A DNA stretch of 64,000 nucleotides from positions 86,678,001 through 86,742,000 of the forward strand of contig CM052816.1 in the NCBI GenBank assembly GCA_028534125.1, read 5' to 3'. A program made the translations under genes and the position numbers. Position 1 is the first letter of the stretch, and every line of letters begins with the position of its first letter. The notes beneath the pieces were generated by a model. It saw only the letters and a program-made list of their open reading frames with translations, had not been told where the DNA came from and searched no databases. This DNA comes from Lama glama. Lineage: Eukaryota. Below, piece after piece: positions 26,497 to 39,239 of this stretch.

Positions 26497-26700
26497 TAAT
26501 AGTTATAACTTACTGAGTACTTACTAAGGGGCAGCACTATTCTAAAGTCTTTCACATGAAATCTGACACTCAGAGCTTTATAGGAAGCCTGTAAAGCAGG
26601 TATCAATACTATCTTCAAATATGGGTGAACTGAGGCATAGTGAGTAGAAAATCAGCTTCAGAGATCCAGTAAATAAAAGAACCAGTCTCTAAATCTAGGT
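26497..26700 (-). mobile_element. MIR SINE
   Basis: CTTACTGAGTACTTACTA..CAGCACTATTCTAAAG..AACTGAGGCATAG. Confidence 0.7.
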
Positions 26701-27239
26701 ATTTGTGCAAGTATTTTTAATTGCCTCTCTAAATAGTTAGCCTTTCCATGGCACCTATTGTAAGCTTTCCAGAATCTAAAGATGAGTGAAACCAATGTGG
26801 GCTAGAGAAGCTCTAAAGATAGTTATGAGTTTCTTTAACATTTTTTATATTCAAAACAAGAAGATAAGGCTGCAAGAACTGCAAAGACATAAGGTGAAAG
26901 ACAATGTTTTGCAAGAATCCATTTCAAAACCAGTCAATCAAGAGCCACTAAGATATAAGACATATTAAGAGGCAGCAACATCTTTAGAGAAACTAAGTTT
27001 TCTTCTCAAGCTAAAGATACATTTTAATGTAGCTCTTAAGAGTTGGAGAGAGAATGTACTCAAAGTAGGGCAAGTAGGGAGTGCTCCTAATTAGTGGTAT
27101 TGGGATGGGAAGGGGCACATAAAAGTTGCAATCAAGGGGAAAATGGCTGAATTGGAGCACTAGTTGACTATAAGCAATAACGGAGAGTGATTAGTCAAAA
27201 TGATTTATGTGATTTTAAACATGTGAGATTGAATAATGG

Positions 27240-27668
27240 TGGTGGAAGAGATTCTGTCATCTACACAGATTCCCCTTCAGGAATGAAGACAGTGTCCCCC
27301 AGGTTCTGGGGATGCTGGTCGCTGATACCCTCCCCTGTCAGCTCTCCTGGGGAGGTGCCTTGGCTGAAAAAGCCACCTTGTCTGAAGTGATGGACCTTTG
27401 TGGTACAGCCCAAATCTACCGCCCAATTAATACAGTAATATAACGGAGGTAAAACCGCAGAACAAGTGAAAACCTGAAGGGTTACCTTAGCTTCAGAGAT
27501 CTACATAAAGCTGTGAAGCCTTTATTAAGACCAATCACAAACTTCTGTCTCCACCTATTGCCTCTCCTCTCCTGTTCTTCTACAAATCCTAAGCACATTC
27601 CCTAATGAAATTCCAGGATCTTCCTCTCTGTCATGGGGTCTACTTCCCTGAGGAGGTAACCTGCAACA
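27240..27668 (+). mobile_element. LTR16C-like ERVL solo LTR
   Basis: CAGATTCCCCTTCAGGAATGAAG..CTGTCAGCTCTCC..GCCTTGGCTGAA..CTGAAGGG..CCCTAATGAA..CTACTTCCC..AACCTGCAACA is collinear with LTR16C. Confidence 0.75.
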
Positions 27669-27817
27669 GTTGGCAGTTTTGAAAAACTGAACAACAAGGT
27701 GTTCCTCTTGCGGGGAATGAGATTTCTTTTGACTACTGACATGAAGGTAGTATACTGCAGTCAGTGTCTTAAGAGCAATGTTGCTTTGGCTATGCATTTC
27801 TTCAGATGGTAGAAAGA

Positions 27818-28720
27818 CCATTGTCTAAGTAACCAGGTCAGAAATTTGTGGGTCATCCTGGACTCTCCCATATCTTGTCATTGGCAAAGTCCTATCCACA
27901 CTGCTTTATACAATTTCAATTATGACTGTCCCCTCTTCATCCCTCTACTACTGCCTACATTCTTGCCTTGAGCATCACTTTTTAAATTTGACTGTCTCAT
28001 TATTTTCTAGTCAATTCTCCATACTTTAGCTAATAGAGTGGTCATTCTAATATTAAAAACTCATACTGACACTTCCAAACCTATCCTTCTTTTGTGGCTT
28101 TCCATTAGCTACAAAAACAAAAACAAAAACAAAAACAAAAACAAAAACACATTAATCTTGCTCTGTAGCAGGTACTTGGGGATCATTCTCTTGCTTACTT
28201 TGTGGCCTTCTCTCCTGCTATTGTCTTCCCACAGCAACCTACTATGATGTAGCAGAGCTAACATTTGTGGAGTATTTGCTATTTACCAGGACAGGAATTG
28301 TCCAAATTGCTTTACGTAGATTATTTCATGTAATTCTCACACCCTCACAAGCCTAATAAACTACTGGCAATACACTGTGTATATGGAGCTAATGCATGCC
28401 TCAATTTCATATTGTTTCCTCCACAGGCGGTGACATCCCCTTCCTCTTGTCTGCCATGTGAATACTGACTAGAGCTCCCAGACTTTGTTCATTTATTACC
28501 TCCTCTCTTAATATTTTCTGCTGCCACTTCAGGTGTTAGTGTTGACTTACTCCTCACCATTAATTTTAGATACTTCTATCATAAAAGCTCTAATGCTTTA
28601 TTAAAATCTTTTTTTAATCATTCTCTCCTTACTGAACTTTTAGCAGTATGATGCTGAAATAAATCATATCAAACATTTTCTCTTTTGTAATCCAAAATAT
28701 TTAATGAGTAGAAAATACAT
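27818..28720 (+). mobile_element. L2 fragments interrupted by a (CAAAAA)n tract and a MIR piece (about 28255-28345, minus)
   Basis: AGTAACCAGGTCAGAAATTTGTGGGTCATCCTGGACTCTCC, AATTCTCCATAC..AGAGTGGTCATTCTAA and GTGGCTTTCCATT. Confidence 0.55.
28112..28148. repeat. (CAAAAA)6 simple repeat
   Basis: Read directly. Confidence 0.95.
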
Positions 28721-28773
28721 AGTTATTATCACTGTCTTATTCTGCCAACAATGATTAAAGTGATTTTCTCAAA

Positions 28774-29160
28774 GAAAAATACCATATAATATCACTCTTA
28801 TGTGGAATCTAAAAAAAAAAAAGATAAAAAAGAGGACACTAATGATGTCATCCACAAAACAGAAACAGAATCACAGACATAGTAAACAATCATGGTTACT
28901 AGTGGGGGAGAGAGTGGGAAGGGATAAATTTGGAAATTGAAGATTTGCAAATGTTAGCCACTGTATAAAAATAGATTAAAAAACAAATTTCTTCTGTATA
29001 GCACAGGGAACTATATTCAATATCTTGTAATAACCTTTAATGAAAAAGAAGATGAAAATGAATATATGTATGTATATGCATGACTGGGACATTGTGCTAT
29101 ACACCAGAAACTGACACGTTGTAATTGACTGCACTTCAATTTAAAAAACTGAAAAAAATT
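28774..29160 (+). mobile_element. Young camelid-type L1 3' end with target-site duplication
   Basis: ATATCACTCTTATGTGGAATCTAAAA..GATTTGCAAATGTTAGCCAC..CTGTATAGCACAGGGAACTATATTCAA..GCATGACTGGGACATTGTGCT, then an A-rich tail. TSD TGATTTTCTCAAA (28761-28773)/TGATTTTTCTCAAA (29161-29174). Confidence 0.9.
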
Positions 29161-29214
29161 TGATTTTTCTCAAATGGATATAGTTAATGGCAGAACTTGG
29201 TTTAGAGAACCACT

Positions 29215-29355
29215 GTGTAACAGCAGCAAAAGTGTGGATTTTCAAACCAGTCAAGCCTATGTTTGAATCCTGGTTTCTGTCTCTTATTAATACATGGATT
29301 TATCAGAATTCTTTGTTTATAATATCACTTTGCCCTGTAATGTGATAGTAATGGC
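29215..29355 (+). mobile_element. MIR fragment
   Basis: CCAGTCAAGCCTATGTTTGAATCCTGGTTTCTG resembles the MIR B-box region. Confidence 0.5.
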
Positions 29356-30743
29356 ATTAATTTATTTTTTCCCACAAATCTGAAAGGTCGGATCATGACT
29401 TCATATTACACACAGGACACATGAAAGCCGCAAATAATGATCAGGCATGCTTGATTTCACAAATGACTTTTAACTCTACCGTCAACTCTCTCAGGTTGAG
29501 TTAAGTCAGAACTGGCAGTTCAAGTGCAGATGCTAGTTAGTACATGTGATATGAAACAATGATTCTACTATGCAGCTTTGTTGAAAAATATAAATGTCAG
29601 TCTTAGGATGCATGCACAGGGTCTAACAATCCTTAGCTATGGGTCAAAGTCCTTTTAAGGTGCCAGTGCTTGGGGCTGCTCCCTTTTGCAGTAGCCCAAT
29701 GTTGGAGCTAAAGTAGGAAGCCGCGTACGGGCCAAGAGTTGACAGCCAAACCTTTGCTAATGGTGGATGCAAATGTGTCATCTAGATCCAGAAAAATTAG
29801 CCACTGAAATTGAATCACCACTCTATCTACTGCCTCCTGTCCTCTTCTTCTACAATTTTCCCCATTCAACCAAGTTCCGCTCCATCCACACCTTTAACTT
29901 CTGCTGCTTATTACCAAATTCCACTCAAGTACCTCCTACCATTTGTATAACAGTATTCTACATGATAGGAAATTCATTGATAAGTGACTTCATTGTATTT
30001 GTAAAATAAAATGGGCTTCCTTGAGAAGAAACAGAGTATCTGAAAATTCTCTTACTTATAATAAAAGTCAGCTACAAAGGCAGAAATTAACAAAACAATT
30101 TAATAAACTTTAATAAAATTGTTTCATTTGGATTATCTCACTACTTAATTTAAGTGAAACTCAAGAATAATTTCCAATAGCAAACTAGTACAGCATGAGA
30201 AATTTACAATAGAAATTTACAGGTAAATTATCATTTTTGTAATAAGCATTTGATAAACAGTAATAAATAAAATTACTATAATTTCAGACAATCTTTCAAC
30301 TAGACTTGCATTCAATGTTTCCCCATTTTCAGTGGATATTATTAATAACAGACTAATTGTGAACAACAAAAAAGAAAATACACTTTCTATGCATTTCTGA
30401 ATTGTTTAACTTAAAATTAAAAAAATAAATTGATACAAGATTAAGCTTATTGAGTAGTAATTCCTTTTTTGAATTTCATTTCTTAATGTAATTGCTTATA
30501 AAGAATGACTTGACAAATTTGTTTTGTATTAAATTAAGTAATTTAACTTGCACTTTATAAAAAGAAAAACCAAAAATAACTAAAGACTATTTTGAACTAC
30601 ATTCTTCTTTTAATTTATATACAGGCAGTCCTCAGCAATCCATTGTGCTATATTTCTTTAAAGCATATTTTACAGAGAAGTGGTGTAAAATGTATTATTT
30701 CCACTCCATAAGCAATCAGGAGTGTTCTGTTGGACAGAAAGGA

Positions 30744-30774
30744 TGCAGTTACTGTTTTGACACTAGATGGCATT
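30744..30774 (+). promoter_or_regulatory. Candidate CTCF site (core plus upstream motif)
   Basis: TGCAGTTAC..ACACTAGATGGCA, with TGCAG ending 11 nt before the core. Motif match only, no binding data. Confidence 0.45.
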
Positions 30775-31679
30775 CCTGTGTAATCAGAAGAGCAAAAGGC
30801 TAACACAATTGCTGCTGTTTCCTTGAGATCTATCATAAATTCAGAAGTGAATGAATTGCAGCTAGAGGAAGTTAAAATAGGCTTTTATTCAGAAGATAAT
30901 GTGAATAAACCAATGTTGTCTCATGTTATTTAAAATTTGTTGACTATTATAAAATTAAAAACCATTGTTCTGCCTTCACTAAATTATACGTATAGATTCT
31001 AACTACTAAAAGCTATTTTTTTGCCTTTTATCTATCATATCTATGACCATGAAAATATTTTTGATTATGTTAATAATGCAGAAAACATATTTAATTCAAC
31101 TTTCTATATATATACTGTCACAAATGTATTTCAATGAGAAAATAACTCCAAGTTTCAAAATTAAGTATTATCTTAGGTTCATTATTATTATCAAAAGTTT
31201 AAACAAAATATAGGAGCCTCTTAAAATCTTTGTAAAGATTATAGTAAAAAGTCTTACTGCTTGTCATTTGTGCATGATGGTGAGATCAACCACTAATTTA
31301 ATATGATTTGTCCTTTGACATCATCAAATGTCATGGTATATCATATGTAAATATGTTTATGTTCTTGTCAACATATAGCTCCTTGAACTTCTATATAGCA
31401 AGGTAAACACACAAAAAATGATAATGTTTGTATGACAAGCTTGGAGAGAAAGAAGGGGCTGTTCAAAGTATAGAACTGAGGGGATCGATATGTCAGAAAG
31501 CTGGAAGTCACTCCTGGCACAATCACACCATTGGAGATGCTCAGTGTTAGATGTAAACACATGTAAATTAAAACTTTAATAGAATCCTTAGATACTCTTT
31601 TCAAATTATGGTAAGAAATAATGCATATTGTTGAATTTGTTCTCCATGAAACAAGAGGAACCTTAATTTTTTCAACAAG

Positions 31680-31890
31680 AGAACATACTTAGCAATTATG
31701 TGCCCAGCACATCACAAATATTATCTCCGATTTTCAGAACAATCCATTTAATTCAATTCCACGTCCACCCATTAGACATGAAACAAATCTGGGCTGAAGA
31801 AGTAAATTACTAATCACAGGTCACCAAATGCCAGAGCCAGAATTTGAACTGCAGCCAATTATTGCTCCACTCACAGTGAACCTTTCCCCA
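31680..31890 (-). mobile_element. MIR SINE
   Basis: TATGTGCCCAGCAC..AGGTCACC..CAGAGCCAGAATTTGAAC. Confidence 0.6.
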
Positions 31891-31906
31891 CGCAATTCAG
31901 TGTGCT

Positions 31907-32257
31907 TGCTATGGGATGAACTGTGCTCCTCACGGATTCATATTTTGAGGTCTCAAGCCCAGAATCTCAGAATTTAACTATATTTTGAGGTGGATCTTGA
32001 AAGAAGTAATTAAGGTTAAATGAGATTATATGTGGTGGTGTCCGTATACAATGAGAAAAAAGTAGCAGGGGTGCACACATGGAGGAAAGGCCATGGGAAG
32101 ACAGAGCCAGAGTCAAAGAGAGTGGCCTCAAGAGAAGCCAAACCTGCCCACACCCTGATCTTGGACTTCAACCTCCGCAACTGTGAGAAAATAAATTTCT
32201 GTTGTTTAAGCCACCAGTCTGCAACACTTGGCTATGGCAGCCCTAGCAACAGATATA
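31907..32257 (+). mobile_element. MLT1B solo LTR
   Basis: TGCTATGG start, TAATTAAGGTTAAATGAG, CCTGCCCACACCCTGATCTTGGACTTC..AACTGTGAGAAAATAAATTTCTGTTGTTTAAGCCACC and ATGGCAGCCCTAGCAA. Confidence 0.85.
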
Positions 32258-32719
32258 ACGCTCAAAACAGTCTTCTTAACATTGAACAGAATCCAGTTTA
32301 TAATGATTTCCTTTGTATTTAATGCAAATAACCTTTCTGGAAACATATTCTTAAAATACTATACACACATGCCAATATGTATATATGAATGAGTGAGAGA
32401 GGAAGAGAGACAGAGACAGAGAGAAAGGACTACTATGCTACTATTTGTCACTGGTAAGAACTGCTACAAATAAATCTCAAACTTCCTCCAGTTATTTTTA
32501 ATGCTTTAGAAATATTTTTTTTCTGGTATATAGTCAGAGAAAAACTAATGTGAAAGTTCTAGAGGCCACAATTTTAAGTGAAACAGAACATTTGAAAAAT
32601 TAGTTACATCAATTGTCTGGAACACTAAATAAGCATTGGAAATTTCAAATATTAAAACAAAGTCACAATTTTATCAATACTTATTTTATATATCTTCCTT
32701 AAAAGTATTTCAAAGTAAT

Positions 32720-33596
32720 ATCCTTGTAACAATGATCTCTCAAGGATGTTAGACCAGTGTCAAGTACAAGGTGAGCATAATACTGCATGACGTACCAGAA
32801 ATTAAGAATTCTAAGACTAATGATTTGTTCATATGAATACAGAAATCAGCTTGAAGATTCTAGCACTTATTAAATTTGTGAAAATTGGAACACCAAAATA
32901 TTAATGATTTTAATTGATTGGAACAGATTGAATAAATAAAAATCTGACTCCACAGGGAGACTCCAATAAAAGAAAGAGAAATACCAACAAATAAAAAATA
33001 AAAAACACACCTATGACAACAACATATCACTGATACGTTAGCTCCTTGGTCTGAAAGTTGATAATAAACAGGCAAACTCTTAATCTATTTCATTAAAAAT
33101 TGTACTTCATTCAATAAATAATAACCTTTCGATGGTTAGGAAATTGCACTCTCATGACAATGATTCTAGCTGGTAAAAGAAAAAGGAATCAGAAGTTGAA
33201 AATTGCCAATGATCCCAATGAAATCATTGATTCAGAAAAGAACCATCAATCAATGATAAACCCACTGGTGAAATGTTGTTGGGTAATTGAACATTCACAA
33301 GGTTCCAAAGTATCACAACATAGATTATGTATTATTTTTCAACAAAATATGGTAACAATGCAATGAAGAAACAAAATAACCTCATTAGTTTCTTGATGTT
33401 TAAACATTCAGTCTGAATTTAAACTCTCTCCTTTGGAGGTACATTGCAGTTTACAGAAACACAGATGATAGAAGACTATATTAAATAACAATTTGAAAAG
33501 GTGAGGGAAATCTAGAGTTGAGAACATTCTCCAGAGCAAGTGTCCTCAGCTTTCCCATAAGTATATATATATATATACATATATATATAATACATA

Positions 33597-33629
<33 letters not shown>

Positions 33630-34088
33630 GAAAGAATGAGGGCAGGCACTATCCTAAATTAAATAGACTTAAGATACATAAGAAAGTGAAATATGTGGGC
33701 ATTGATTATATTTTTATTTGGAGAAAAAGAAAAACAGCTACTAATGGCACTTTGGAGAAAAGCTGGGCAAATTAGAAATGGAATGTATATTAAATAACAT
33801 TAATAATATTGTTAGCATGATAATTAAATTGTGTTTAAATATAAAAAAATGCTTCCCCATTTGAGTATATTTGTTCAAGATTTTAAAGATAAAGTCTTAT
33901 ATGACACTTGTAAATGGCATGTAGTATTTTAGCTCTTAAATATTTGGTTTTGTGTGTGTGCAAATAAAGCAAATATAGCAAAATCGAAAAATGACTGAAT
34001 CTAGGCATTGGTATACCTGAGTGTTCACAGTATTATTCTTTATGTTTTTCTTTGTTTTTGAAAATTATTTTTATAATAAAAATTTAAA
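32720..34088 (+). mobile_element. L1MC4/L1MC5-type 3' UTR with internal (TA)n/(TG)n (33561-33629)
   Basis: CAGAAATCAGCTTGAAG, CCAATGAAATCATTGATTCAG, CAAAGTATCAC, AAATAGACTTAAGA and GCAAATATAGCAAAA..GAATCTAGG..GTTCA..TATTCTTT..ATAATAAAAA. Confidence 0.7.
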
Positions 34089-34691
34089 GTTCCTCAGATT
34101 GTTTTATGATATACATGTAATATGCACACATAGAATAAATACACATATTTAGTACAAAGAATAAATAATAGCTGTTTTCATAGCAATGAAATTCTTAAAT
34201 CCAGTGTTCTGACATATATGTAAAATGTAATTTTCCAGTGTCACATATGTTTGATGTTTATTAAAAGAGTGAGAAAATGTGTTCTATCTAATACACGTAG
34301 TTGGCTAGAGGAGCTATTGTTAAGAATTCCTTCTGCGTATTTTAAAATACCAGACCATCAATCATTTAAAGACTTTGAAAAAACAAGTGTCATTTAGTAT
34401 GGGTTTAGATGACAGAAAACTAATTTAATGATCTGAAGCTATGTTCTCTGTCATGTTGGGAGTGTACTGCTCAGAGTTCATTACCAGCTCTGCATGACCT
34501 GACATAAAATCCAATACAGTACATGCCCCACAGTATTCAGTTGCAAGGGACAAGGAGTCCTTTGCCTGGCGAGATGACAAAGAGGGAGAGATGGACGGTG
34601 ATTGCTTTTGCTGACCTCTAAGTCCTTCAGATTATGTACTCTCTTATTGCAGATGCATACCATGTGAGCCTTGCTGTGGCCAATAATGATA

Positions 34692-34731
34692 ATCATCACC
34701 ACCATCATCACATCATTATCATCATCATCAT
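34692..34731. repeat. Imperfect (CAT)n trinucleotide repeat
   Basis: ATCATCACCACCATCATCACATCATTATCATCATCATCAT. Confidence 0.85.
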
Positions 34732-36114
34732 GTTGTAGTGTTACGAGGTTGTGTCTTACTAGGAAAATAAATTAATACAGTCTAATAAAAAAGAATTTAG
34801 TCCTGCAAAAAAATGATACTATTAATTAGTCAACACAAAAATAAATTAGATACTCACATACGGCCACTGAATTTTTGTATCCTTGACTTTATCTAATTGT
34901 ATTCTATGGAAAGCAATTAACTTTGAAAATCAAAGTTATTTTCCATAATTGTATATTAATTCCTCACCAAAAGACAGAGATTTCTTTTATATTACTGAAG
35001 TTTTCACTATCTGATTTTTTAAGATCTATACTTATTGGAACCCCACTCAATTTTTACAATGAGAGTAATTAAGTTAAGTCCTGAAATGTAACTGACTTGC
35101 CATAAGCATTCTTCTCAACTGTCATCAACATGTCATCAGGACTTGAGGCCAAACTGCATATACATTTCCTGTCACAGTAAATTGTATTGCATTTAGAAAT
35201 TATTTGGAGGAAATTCTCATCAAATTATTTCTGAATCTGTTAACTTCCTTTTGGAAAGCACATACTTACAAGTTCTGAAAACAAATGTACAATATAGTTA
35301 GTAGTAAAACATGGAATTCTTGCACTTATTTCAAGCTCAGTTGTATTGATTCATATACATTATTGCAAGATAGTTATTAGCTGTGAACTGTTAAAAGACA
35401 AGGAATTTCATATTCTAAAAAATGCTATGGACATCCACACATACCATCTACTTGTCACATTGAAAGTCTTAGTTCCACACGGAATGAGGATAATTGATTT
35501 TCAAGTCCAAACTGACTCTGAATGCAGGTTGGTAAGTAAAACGTATTTTTCTGCTTTCAAACACATTCTTGCCTAAAGTATGTAATGTTCTACAAGGCTA
35601 AGTGTAAACAAATTCTATTAATTTTCAGCAAGTTACTGTTCAGTGAAGTAAAATTGCTATTTGATTGTAACAAGGAAAACTCCAAACAGAACATATAAAT
35701 CAGCATTATTGGCAGTTGGAAAAGACACATTGCCTAGATTACTGTTAGTGACTAGGGAAATAAATGACCATTTTAGAGGTTTTAGAAGCACTTAGAAGAG
35801 TAAATGAAGATAGGTTTTGAAAATTGCTGATGGGAATTCATCATAATGGAAGCCTGAGGTATATAAACAACATTTATTTCCCCGATGTGATCATTCTAAA
35901 AGAAAATAAAGTTGGGAGAAAAGACATTTGTTTATATGAGAAAAATGCTGAAACAGCATGAAAAGATTCAAAAAGAGTTTTGCTTGATACTAACAGGTAG
36001 CAGAAAAAATTTAGTTTACATCATGTTGAATTTAGAAGTCTGAGAGTTATCTAGATGCCCAACAAGAAACTCCCAGTGTTTCCTTTCTAGAATATCACAT
36101 GTGGGGTTCAGAAG

Positions 36115-36296
36115 GCTGATGTGTTAAGACTATCAGCTTGTCTTTGACACTAGATACAGACACATTTAAATACAGTCCTGTCAACCTTCTGTTGTCTCAA
36201 TTTAGTAAGACAAAACATGATTAGACTTGCTGTACAAATGGTATAAAAGCAAGTGTGAAAATATCTGGGACAGAAAGTGTATTCAGTACATATGTT
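36115..36296 (+). mobile_element. MIR-like fragment
   Basis: GTGTTAAGAC..; tail GTGTGAAAATATCTGGGACAGAAAGTGTATTCAGTACATATGTT resembles the MIR/L2 3' end. Confidence 0.35.
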
Positions 36297-36914
36297 CCAA
36301 CAGTATTTTCGACAGGATAAAAGCTATATTTTCTTTTTTCCACCTCTAAGACAAATTTTTAAAATTCCATACAGTTCCCCAATATTTCTTATTTTAGTGA
36401 ACATGAAAAGAATATTCACATATACATCTATGTTTCCAGAAGCACTAAGTTAATACCTAAGAAACATGTCACATAAATATTATGATGAAGGTATATGTTG
36501 TAAACAGAGAAACATAAGCTTAGAGAGATAGAAGTCCAGATCTGAACAACATTAAACGTTAGGCAGAGAAATGTAACTTCTTGAAGTTAGAAATATGAAA
36601 CCGTTTATAGCTTGGATCAGAAGATCAATCAAAATATGTTTAAGAAAAATCTATCTAGAAATGGAATTCCTCATGGATTGGGAAGTTAAAGGCTCTGGAG
36701 TCAGAGAAGGAATTCAAGAGAATCTTTAACCTAGGCTTCCAGCACGCCCTTCAATAAATTATGGAAAACATGAGAGAAATTTATGGGAAAAGGGAAAGTG
36801 CGGTCAAGAATAGTAAATGCGATTGCAAAGGTAGAGTAACTGAAAAGACATGATAAAAATTTGTTACTGGGATGTTTTACTTAGAGTCGTTTTCAAAGTT
36901 CAGTGAACAGGGTC

Positions 36915-37180
36915 CTTCTGGTTTCAGCTAGGAAGGAGTGATGGTACCAGAAAGACCTCACATTGTGAACAACTAGAAAATTGGGCAAGATGTACGAAAT
37001 AACCGTTTTCAGACACCAGACAACAGGACACCCAGAATTGTGAGGCACCTTCTACCTTCAGGGAGAGGAAATCCAAGCAGAGGATGCTGGTCTTACTGAT
37101 CTAAGGAGTTACAGATCAGTATTTGGGGAATTGAGGGCACAACAGCTAGAGGAACTGTCTGTGGCTAACGTAGGGTCATT
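36915..37180 (+). mobile_element. L1MC/L1MD-type 5' end fragment
   Basis: CTTCTGG..AACAACTAGAAAATTGGGCAAGAT..GAAATAACCGTTTTCAGACA..GACAACAGG..GGAAATCCAAGCAGAG. Confidence 0.55.
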
Positions 37181-37439
37181 AGACTGGGGCAACTCTAGTG
37201 CTTTTGGTGACATAAACAAAACAGACCCAGTTAACTTGGCTTTGCTTGAATCTGAGAAAATGCAACTCAAAAATAATTCATCATGAAGACTTAAGTAGAT
37301 TCTCTTCATTCTGAGAAAATGAAACTGAAGAACAGGTATCAAAGCAGCCAAATAACTAAATGTTTCCAAATAAGGCAAACAGCAAAGCAATCATTCAGTT
37401 GGCTTTTAGTTATCTGCCGATTAACTTGAACACTTCGAT

Positions 37440-38500
37440 GAGATGACACTTCCTTGAAAGACCAACATTTACCCAAGGGAAAAAAAAAAACAATTCTAAA
37501 TCCATTAAATAAATTGAATTTGCAATTTAATCCCCTCACCAAAAAAAAAAAAAAATCAGTCCTGAATAGCTTCAGTGGTGAATTCTCCCAACCATGTAGG
37601 GAAGAAATAATACTAATTCTATACAAATTCTGCCAGAAAATAAAATGAAAGTGAGCCTTTCCAAAAATAGTTGTGCAGTAAAACACACCAATGGATACTC
37701 AAAAGCATTAGTCCTCACTTGGATTTAAATTAAAATCACAAAAACAGAAGAATATATATTATGGAATAAATGTTTGTGTCCCTCTAAATTTCATATGTTG
37801 AAATGCTAACAATAAGATGGTATTAGGAAGTGGGACCTTCGGGAGGTGATTAGGTCTGGAGGGTGGGGTCCTCATGAATGGGTTCAGTGCCCTTTTAAAA
37901 GAGACCCCAAAGATCTCTCTTGCCCCTTTTCTGCCATGTGAGGACTCAGTGAGAAGAAAGCCATCAATGACCTAGGATGCTGGCTTTCACCAGACACTGA
38001 ATGTGCCAGGGCCTTGATCTTGGAAGTCCTGGGCTCTAGAAATTTAAGAAATAAATATTTGCTGTTTAAGCCACCCAGTCTGTGGTATTTTTTTTTATCA
38101 TAGCTGCCCCAATGGACTAAAGTAATATATATGCACTAAAAAGGCCAAGAATTAAAAGTCTATTTCAAGTGTTGACAACCATGTGGAGTAACTGGAACTT
38201 TCATACATTCCAAGTGGTGACAGAATAAGGCATAATTATTATTTGGAAATTATTTGATAGTTCCTTATCAAGTTAGCATATATTTACCATATGTGGCAAC
38301 TTTCTTACTCTTAGGTATTTAACCAAAAGATATGAAAAGATATGTCTAAACAAAAATGAATGCTGATGTTCACTGAAGCTAAATTCATAATAGCTTTTAA
38401 TTGGTAGCAACCTAAATGTCCATCACTGGTGAACTGTAGACCTAAAATGTGTGCATTTTATTTCATGTAAATTATATTTCTAAAGATTTGATTTAAAAAT
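37440..38500 (+). mobile_element. L1ME-type ORF2/3' fragments split by an MLT1A0 insertion
   Basis: ORF 37454-37648 contains a decayed Z-motif region (NSFSGEFSQPCREEIILILYK). 3' words include GTGGAGTAACTGGAAC, CTCTTAGGTATTTA and CAACCTAAATGTCCATCA. Confidence 0.7.
37757..38124 (+). mobile_element. MLT1A0 solo LTR
   Basis: 368 bp. AATGTTTGTGTCCC..TCATATGTTGAAA..GGGAGGTGATTAGGT..CCTCATGAATGGG..CCATGTGAGGAC..CACCAGACACTGAA..AATAAAT..TAAGCCACCCAGTCT. TSD ATATA (37752-37756 and 38125-38129). Confidence 0.9.
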
Positions 38501-39239
38501 TCTTTGAGTATATGAATCATCTGTAAAATTTACTGAAACACAAATTATCAGACCATCTTGATTGATACTTTCATCCTTTTGAGATTAAATTAGGGATGGA
38601 GAATCTTACAGGTAGCTGCAATATTTAAACTCAGTAACATGAATGTTTGCTTGTTCAAAGTGTTATATACTATGCAATATGTATTTTAAATATGATATGC
38701 AGCTGTCTGGTAATTTAGCACCCAATTTCTGTGTTATTAAATTGGTCCTATACTTAGCCTTTATATTGAGTTCATAGCTCTCCAGAGATGGGAAGACAGA
38801 TGAATTAGTATTAAAAAGTATCAACTGAGAAAGCATAGTACTTCTTTCTTAGTCTTAAATAATGATCCATTTTCCACTGAGTATAATATAGTCATAGGAA
38901 CTGGGGCTTCACTATGGAGATATTTGTTGTATTTCTCATTCTATATCAGTTGGCAGTTTACATAGATACAGGTTTTGTTAGCTTACACTTTGTTTCATAC
39001 ATCTACCAGTTCAATCACTTAACAAAACTCCTTAACTTTACAGATATATTGTAATATTTCACTGATTTCACTTATATTTAATCATTTAAAACCTCAAATC
39101 CAGAATAGCAAGCTTTGGTTGTTTATAAGCCCTCTGAGCCTGTGCATACAGTTAGCTGTATCCATCTATTTAAAGAAAAGGAAGAATTAGTGTAACCTTT
39201 CAAATCTTGATTAATTTAGTGAAGCAATAAGTGTATATA

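Noticed and set aside
34692..34731. Poly-His/Met-like coding tract
   Set aside because: It is a simple (CAT)n repeat with no exon context.
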